A stretch of DNA of 42,833 nt from Octopus sinensis (Eukaryota). Numbering within the stretch: the stretch's first letter is position 1; every line of letters begins with the position of its first letter. The notes under the pieces were generated by a model that saw only the letters and a list, made by a program, of their open reading frames with translations, had not been told where the DNA came from and searched no databases. The stretch is taken from assembly GCF_006345805.1 (NCBI RefSeq), contig NW_021835113.1:1-42833 (forward strand), written 5' to 3'. Shown here piece by piece: positions 35,038 to 42,833 of this stretch. The translations under genes were made by a program, and so were the position numbers.

Positions 35038-36540
35038 GATTTACAGGATCATGCTCAAAGTGGTTTCGTCACTCGCACGCACCATCTTTGCTACATTCAC
35101 CCACCTTTTTGTTTGAAACTTTCGCGAGACAAAACCTGCCTCTCCATTCTCACCTTCCTTTTCAAGTGGTACTTGAAAAAGTTGATGAGCGATTGGCCAG
35201 AGAGGTAAGTGTTTGTCTCTAATCCTTTCGCTCAGGTCCATTACACACATTCTTTCACCATGGCCACCAGTACGATGAAAACTGCCTTGCCTTCCCGGTT
35301 GAGGGAAGGTGGCGGTGCAATTTTCACGATAGACTCGGTCGACAGGCGGACTCGTCCCACACGTGACAGCAGCCGTTCGGCATAAGCCCACAGGTCTGAA
35401 ATGGTTGGACACTGTACGAGTGCGCGCAGAACGGTTTCGTCGCTTTGACCGCATCTCGGGCAAGTTGATCCAGTGTGTCTCGAACCGTGTCTATAGAGCT
35501 TATCCCGAACAGGTAATGCTTCTCGATAGCACTGCCAGGCCAGGGATCTTTGGTAATTGTCCATAGGTCCCGACCCGAAAGTTGTCCTGAACAGGCGGGT
35601 CAGATGTTCCTCGTCGACGCCCAGATTCTGCCCGAGAACGTCGTCGCACCTCCCCTCCACTAATCCTCTATAGAACGCCTTTGTTGTGATGAAGTCGCAC
35701 AAGTTTGATCCCGGATGGCACAGTTGCTTGAGAGCAACGCGACACTTGCGGTGCCATTCGCCTAGCCTCGGTCTCTGCCTTATCCACGACTGTAGTTCGG
35801 CCAAGGAGACGAGCTGCGGGAAAGCGCGTCGCACAAAAGGTTACCACACCTGTTCACCGTCGTCTATGAAGTGCCGGAGATGTTGCAGTCTCAGCGCATG
35901 TCTGCGCATCATCAACCACAGCATGCCTAGCCCTCCATTTAGCGGGTGTTGACAGCAAATGGATCGCCAACCATCGGAAGCGGAAGAGTATGCGTTCCAG
36001 CTTGGTGATGGTAGGGTCGGGACAAGGCACGACGGTCAGACGGTACTCGATGACGGATGCGATGTACGCGTTCGCCACCTCCGCCCGACCTTTTAGGGAT
36101 AGCTTCCTCTCGGCCCATTGCTTGGTGAGAGTGGCCACCCTAGTCGTTATTTCACCCCACTCCATTTGGAGGTCCCGACCGAACCAGACTCCGAGCAATT
36201 TAACCGGTCCGACGGACCAGTGTCCCATGGTGGAGACGCTGTTGGACGGCATGGACTTGCTTCTCCAGGTGCCGAGCCGGAAGCCCACTGACTTTTCCGG
36301 TTAATTTTTGCTCCCGTTACCGCTTCGTATTCTTTTAGTGTCTCGCCGACCAGGTCGATGTGCCTGTAGCTCGATACTATGACGGTGACGTCGTACGCGT
36401 ATGCAGACACGCTCCTCCCGCATCCCAGTTCTCGTGGGATGTCCCTCAGCGTCACCAGTTTCCGCAGTAGTGGCTCAAGAGTCAATACATACAGAAGCGA
36501 TGAGATGGGGCATCCTTGAGGAATCGAACGCATGATGCAG
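34694..36540 (-). mobile_element. 5'-truncated Tx1/L1-like LINE (RT C-terminal half + zinc finger + 3' UTR) with (CTAT)n tail
   Basis: RSIPQGCPISSLLYVLTLEPLL, SAYAYDVTV, TGAKIN, VKLLGVWFG, LSLKGRAEVAN, and CPRCGQSDETVLRALVQCP. Plus-strand (ATAG)n 34653-34695 abuts the 3' end. Confidence 0.9.
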
Positions 36541-36965
36541 GAATAAAAAATTGTGCCCGCTAAATGGAGCTTGCATGTCCGACCCATCATCTACGAAGCT
36601 ACCGTGGGCTCTATACCCACTAAAGACACCGTTTCGACGAAGAAATACGTGGGCCTTACAGAGAGTAATTTCAAAGCCAAGTTCAATAACCACACCTTGA
36701 GCTTAAGGCACCGGGTAGCGATCATTCGAATTAGCGCTTTTGTATAAGTAGCGGTCTATAACACAGAAATTTCCCTTTGTATAACAGTCTTTTTTCATAG
36801 CGTTTTTCAGATGGCCAGATAACTGAAGAGATGGTGGTGTGGATTTCCACTTCAGCATCCGAAGAGTTTTATCTTGGCTACCGAATAATTGTCGCATATC
36901 ATTTTACAGATAAATTCCTCTATTTACATAATATTGAGGTCTCTTTCTTTCTTTTGTTATCTTAC
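36541..36965. mobile_element. Penelope-like GIY-YIG endonuclease remnant, internally inverted
   Basis: Plus strand: PLNGACMS..IIYEATV...YVGLTESNFKAKFNNH (GIY-YIG with Cys linker). The continuation LKWK... is on the minus strand (36726-36965). Confidence 0.7.
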
Positions 36966-36976
36966 CGCTTTTACCA

Positions 36977-37011
<35 letters not shown>

Positions 37012-37115
37012 TATATATACTACTATTAAAAAGGATGAAGTTTTTTTCACTACAGAAAAAAATTCCATCAGGAAGTGTGGCAGTATATTAAAAGAACCTT
37101 TACGGTTAAAAATTA

Positions 37116-37230
37116 TAAATATCTTATAAGCTAGGGCTAAGGAAGATTATTCTAAAGCCAATATACTGATGTGGAATATCAGTATATTGGCTTTAGAATA
37201 ATCTTCTTTAGCCCTAGCTTATAAGATATT

Positions 37231-37232
<2 letters not shown>
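37116..37232. repeat. Near-perfect 55-bp inverted repeat, 7-nt loop, abutting (TA)n
   Basis: 37116-37170 pairs with 37178-37232 with one G:T. Confidence 0.95.
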
Positions 37233-37271
<39 letters not shown>

Positions 37272-37659
37272 GGCGCGCATGGCAGAATTTTGGAGGGAAA
37301 ATTTACGTTCCCAGTCGTTACTTGGTTTTAACATCTGCGCACTTCCCCCCACTATCTGATGTCGCTGGGTCAGAACTGAGGGCTGGTGGCATTTGATAAA
37401 GCTACCGAATATAGCGCTGATGACGGAATTCAAACTCCCCTTTTTTTATGTTTGTGATCCAGAAACACCGTGTTCGCTATTAACGGTAAGTGACTGAATT
37501 CGTATATTTGCCACTCCGGTTTTGTGTATGTGAGCCACAAGGGCCTTCGTTTTTGGAATCTCCACTTATAGAAATGGAAAAAACGGTCTTTGACTGCCAT
37601 TTCTAATTCCTTCGGTATGAGGCGAAACAGCTTGCTGCTAGCCAACTTATTTTTCTTAC

Positions 37660-37735
<76 letters not shown>

Positions 37736-37769
37736 AACTATACGACGGACTTCTTTTACTTTCCACTCA

Positions 37770-37871
37770 CAAGCTTTGGCCAATTCGACGCTATAGCAGA
37801 AGACGCTTGCTCAAAGTGCCACGCAGTGGGACTGAACCTGGACCCACGTGGTTGAGAAGCAGCCTGCGCCT
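37770..37871 (-). mobile_element. SINE family C head fragment
   Basis: GCTATAGCAGAAGACGCTTGCTCAAAGTGCCACGCAGTGGGACTGAACC...GCGCCT. Confidence 0.75.
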
Positions 37872-38307
37872 GTATAAAAGATATTAATAATTGCTTTAGT
37901 GGGGTTTACCTTATGGCATTCAAATGCATTAAATCAAACACATTGTATGGATATAGATTGCGTATTGAATTTGTAGGCAAATACCATAAGAAGATGTCAT
38001 ATCTATGTCGCAGAAATCAGACAGAACGTCGGGGATAATGCTAGTTCGTTCTGAGTTCAGATCCCGCCGGGATCGTCTTTGCTTTTGAACTTCCAGTGCA
38101 ATAAGGTAAGGTACTGATAGTTGTTATTATCGATTAATTCATCCTCGAAAATATCTGGCATTGTATCTATGAAGATGATGAGGCGAAGGATGACGGCTAC
38201 AAGGGGGAGGAGGAAGAAGATTCCTGATAACACTGTTTTATTTATAAAAAAAGTTTAAGCTATCACGTATTTTGAGAAAGTTAAATTAGCCTTAGTTTAT
38301 GCTTTGT

Positions 38308-38616
38308 GTGGAGGCACAATGGCCCAGTGGTTGGGGCAGCGGACTCGCAGTCGTAGGATCGCGGTTTCGATTCCCAGACCGGGCGTTGTGAGTGTTTTTT
38401 GAGCGAAAACACCTAAAAGCTCCACGAGGCTCCGGCAGGGGGTGGTGGCTATCCCTGCTGTAATCTTTCGCCACAACTTTCTCTCACTCTTTTTTCTGTT
38501 GGCCTGCTCGCTTAGCCACCGGGTGGCGTCATTGAAGGTTAAGACAATGCGAAGCGCATTGTGACCAGCGATGTACAGCAACATCTGACGGCCTAGTCGG
38601 TCACGTGACGTGACGA
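38308..38616 (+). mobile_element. SINE family A, full length with 10-bp TSD
   Basis: TSD TATGCTTTGT at 38298-38307 and 38617-38626. Confidence 0.92.
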
Positions 38617-38874
38617 TATGCTTTGTACTATTTTATCGACATGTGTACAAACATGAACGAGAGAGAGACAATACGCAGTCTCGGGTATGCATGTGCAAGT
38701 GTGTTTCAGTATGTGGATATATGTGCAAGTGAGTGTGTGTGCATGCACATGTGTGTGTGTAAAGAAGGGCGGGTGCATCAGGCTTATATAATAGAAGGTG
38801 CATCAGGCTTATAGAATAGAACGCTGACCTTTCTCACTCACTCCCTCAATCTCATTCTCTCTCTCTCTCTCTCT

Positions 38875-38911
<37 letters not shown>

Positions 38912-38914
<3 letters not shown>

Positions 38915-39144
38915 TTCTTTATTGCCCACAAGGGGCTAAACATAGAGGGGACAAACAAGGACAGACAAAGAGATTAAGTCGATTACATCGACTCCAATGC
39001 GAAACTGGTACTTTATTTATCGACCCCGAGAGGATGAAAGGCATAGTCGACCTCGGCGGAATTGGAACTCAGAATGTAAAGACAGACGAAATACTGCTAA
39101 GCATTTCGCCCGGCGCGCTAACGTTTCTGCCAGCTCGCTGCCTT
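38912..39144 (-). mobile_element. SINE family B monomer
   Basis: Collinear with 21172-21405. Confidence 0.9.
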
Positions 39145-39175
39145 CAGCACACACACACACACACGCACAAATATG

Positions 39176-39194
<19 letters not shown>

Positions 39195-39206
<12 letters not shown>

Positions 39207-40209
39207 ATTCTATTTTATTTAGTTTCAGCTCACAAGCTGTGGCCATGCTGGGGCACCACCATTTGGTGTTGCTACATGATTTTACTTCACGAATGCTTTT
39301 TAGCAAATGCCATCTGGTGCATGAGAGAGTTCGATGCAGCTGCCCTCATCTGCACCTCCTGCCGTGAAGTTGGTTCATCTGGGATACCTGACAAGAAGAG
39401 ACCCAGTTTCATTTTAAAGACATCTGCATCCACCCCATGCAGGTCTCTTAGGTTCTTCGGGAGGATATTGAAGGGCTGTGGGCCTCGGAAGCCCAGGCTA
39501 TCACAGTATCTTGTCCTACATCATGATGGCAAATTTGGAGTCCTTGGCACTATGCAGTGGCGCCCAGTTCTGGCATTTGTGTAACTCTCGACGCCAAAGT
39601 TTGAGACAAGTCCTAGGATATTCCAGATGTATATTATGGCATATCTTTCTCGCCTACGCTCTGAGGAATAGAGTCTTAATCTCTTGAGTCTCTCCCAAGA
39701 GCTTATATGCTGCACAGAGGCTATCTTCTTCGTGTAGCTTCGCTGGATCGCCTCAAGTTCTGTGATTAACTTGACACTGGATGGTGACCATAGCTGAGAG
39801 CAATAGTCAAAGTGGCTTAGGACAATTGTCCTCCAGAGGACCATCATGGTTTCCTGGTCTCTTGTTCTAAAGGTTCTAAGAATCCATCAGGTCAGCCGCC
39901 TACATTTCATTATCAATTTAGCAACATACACATGAAAGGTTGCATCATCACTCATGTAAATACCCAGGTCTCGCACTGATTGTGCCTCTGGGATTGCAAT
40001 CCCTCCAGGTCCAGTGTATTCATTGGGTATTGCATTTAGTTTTGCATGCTGATAGTATAAAGCTTGAAATTTTTCAGCATTGAACTGCATGCTATTCTTT
40101 TCAGCCCACTTGTATATTTTGTCCAGCTCACATTGCAGGTGCTTAGTGTCTTCAGGGTTCTGTATTGCCTGTGAAACTTTTGTATCATCTGCATAACTTG
40201 TGATCGTGG

Positions 40210-40212
<3 letters not shown>
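39195..40212 (-). mobile_element. 5'-truncated CR1/L2-group LINE (RT C-terminus + 3' end)
   Basis: ITSYADDTKV, LDKIYKWAEKNSMQFNAEKF, SVRDLGIYMSDD, VLSHFDYCSQLWSP, SSERRRERYAII, and IPDEPT...RAAASNSL. The 5' junction runs into (TA)n. Confidence 0.88.
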
Positions 40213-40284
<72 letters not shown>

Positions 40285-40552
40285 ATATAATATATCTTAA
40301 ACGTATTTAGCTTGATACCTACATGACCGAGTTAGCATTCCGCAAGAAATTATCTTCCAGTTCATGTATGTTCTGGTTTCAGTCCAGTCCAGGCTAAATT
40401 TCCATTTCTTTTCTCCAGTAGGACAGGGGACCGATAAAATAGAACCCATGACAGGGATTCATGTCTGTTACTCCTCTCTTTCAACAGTCAGCACTATTTT
40501 TGTTACGAAATCTGTGTGGGGAATAGGGGTCAATTATATTTTGGCAAATAAA

Positions 40553-40770
40553 AAGGCGGCGAGCTGACAGAAACGTTAGCATGCCGGGCGAAATGCGTAG
40601 CCGTATTTTGTCTGCCGTTACGTTCTGAGGTCGATTTTGCCTTTTATCCTTTCGGGGTCGATAAATTAAGTACCAGTTACGCACTGGCGTCGATATAATC
40701 GACTTAATCCGTTTGTCTGTCCTTGTTTGTCCTCTCTTTGTTTAGCCACTTGTGGGTAGTAAAAAAAAAA
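40553..40770 (+). mobile_element. SINE family B monomer with small deletion
   Basis: AAGGCGGCGAGCTGACAGAAACGTTAGC...GTGGGTAGTAAAA. Confidence 0.88.
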
Positions 40771-41669
40771 TTTATTTTGGTAAACAGATTTCGAGTCTTC
40801 TATTCAAATCATACATACAAGTCATGACTGTGTAACTAAGAAGTTGCGAGTTCGATACCACTGCAAGACACATTAGTAATTTATCTTTTGTTTGAACCTC
40901 CTGCTTGTCTAATAACTTGTTTAATGGAAATTGACAGACAAAAAATATTTAGAAGCTGACCGAATATTTCTAAATGTTTAAGTGTCTGTGTTTATATTTA
41001 CCGTCTAAAAATTTGTTATGATAGTATGCTTTTGTGACCTATTACTATTTCGACTCACCGAGACGACAAACTATATACCATACGGAAATAAATAGTGGGG
41101 GTCGATATGATCGACTGAAATCTTTGAATGTGGTACTACAGCATGGCCGCACTCTTTTGACTGGAAGCAGTGAATAAAATAAATACATTTGTGTACACAC
41201 GTGCGCACTGTAAAATACAGACACACACACATACATGTACATATTTATTTATCGGAATCTATATTTATGTCTATTTATCTATCTATCTATCAATCTTAGT
41301 GTGTGTGTGTGGTGTGTGTGTGTGTGTGTGTTTGAGTGTGTGAATCTTGCTCTATAATTAGTTTTCCGTGTCTATATTTGTCTATGACACGTGTATGTGT
41401 GTGTGTTTGAGTTTATGAGTGTGTGTGTGTAAGTGTAATCCTAAAAGAATGTTTTATCTTTTTTCACCACTCTTTAGTATCCTTTTGCTTTTTCTTTCCA
41501 TTTTTCTATCTGTTAGATCTTTTTTTTTCCCCTCCCTTTCAACCAGTTTTAACACGCACGATTGATTTTTCGTTGGTTTTAGTGAAGTATGACGTAGAAA
41601 AATCGATAATCGAGTAGTTTCAATCATTTCTCCCTCTCTTTCCACCCATCCTCTCATTTTTCACACACA

Positions 41670-41723
<54 letters not shown>

Positions 41724-42282
41724 ATACACACACACACACACAGAGGTCACACATGACGCTCACACATTCACACAACCTCGCATGCCCCTCTATACGTTGT
41801 ATTATCATCCCTCTATTATCCACACCCAGATTGTAAACTACGAGAAAATAACAAGGTTTTGCTTGGTTTCCTGGTCAAATCACACACTTCTGATTGTTAA
41901 GCACAATTCTTAAATGTTAGTTAAACTGGCTAATTTTCTTTGTCAGGCGATTTTTGGCCGTTCTTGCAGCCCTCTAAACTGCCTTGACCAGAAACAACTA
42001 CAAAAACAACAATAGCATCGATAGCACCGACAACAGCAGCACAGTTACAGATGCTCTTGTATGCTGTTAAAGTCTTTGTCCAGCTGTGACAACATTATAT
42101 CTGTCACGATGGATATGAATAAGAAAGATACATGAGCCCAATGCAATTGACCAAATCGGCGGCTCTTTAATAACTCATATTACTGGACCGGTCGTTAGTT
42201 GCTACTGTGATGCCAACGGAGTATGACTGACATTATCTCAGAGAAAGGTTCCATTTCTTCGCTTTTCGTAGCATCGCGAGTG

Positions 42283-42373
42283 ATATACATACATACATAT
42301 GTGTGTATGTATATATACATATGTATGTATATATGTATACGTATACTATATATATATACACATATATATATAT

Positions 42374-42450
<77 letters not shown>

Positions 42451-42740
42451 CATATATGTATGTATATATACATACATAGTGTGTATGTATATATACATTT
42501 GTATGTATATATGTATCGTTATAAATACTATATATATACATATACATATATATATATATACATATATAGACATGCATTAACACACACATGTATATTACAT
42601 ACACATATATCCACATGCACACACCACACACACAACACACATATATATATATATATAATATATAATATATATATATATCTATATATATATATATATACTA
42701 TATGCACGCACACATTCATTCATATACATAAATCATTATA
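42283..42740. repeat. (TA)n/(CA)n low-complexity block
   Basis: Visible dinucleotide mosaic. Confidence 0.9.
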
Positions 42741-42833
42741 TAACATAATCTATGCAACAATGTAATAACGTGTATAAAAAATTAGCACTTGTACAGGGTG
42801 ATATATTAACGTGTGGCTGTGCGCGCGCACAAA

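Noticed and set aside
36820-36870. CTGAAGA-GATG...CATC-CGAAG hammerhead-like string
   Set aside because: GAAA is missing, there are no stems I/III, and it lies in the antisense of endonuclease-derived sequence.
283-42765. Dozens of ORFs such as poly-[21 protein letters not shown] and MYVCMYV
   Set aside because: They are translations of microsatellites, open simply because the repeat units lack stop codons.

Overview
AT-rich, repeat-saturated animal genomic DNA, most likely non-coding or intronic sequence from an octopus-type cephalopod. The organism call is an inference from the SINE families and the extreme microsatellite load. No intact protein-coding gene can be supported, and nearly all listed ORFs are microsatellite or transposon artefacts. 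The window holds decayed LINEs (R4/Dong-like, Tx1/L1-like x2, CR1-like, Penelope-like, and an RTE-like 5' module), a near-full-length mariner, a Tc1 fragment, three copies of a MITE with 8-bp TSDs, Helentron/pearl-like non-autonomous elements, and at least four tRNA-derived SINE families. Highlights: (i) a complete minimal hammerhead ribozyme fold (31512-31593, minus strand) whose 3' half lies inside a perfect 106-bp fold-back, plus two more hammerhead-like motifs; (ii) perfect fold-back hairpins abutting (TA)n tracts; (iii) two SINE/LINE 3'-tail partnerships visible within the window; (iv) 184-bp SINE multimers with a fixed junction; (v) a MITE carrying a variable TTAGGG tract; (vi) one weak candidate terminal exon encoding a hydrophobic C-terminus.
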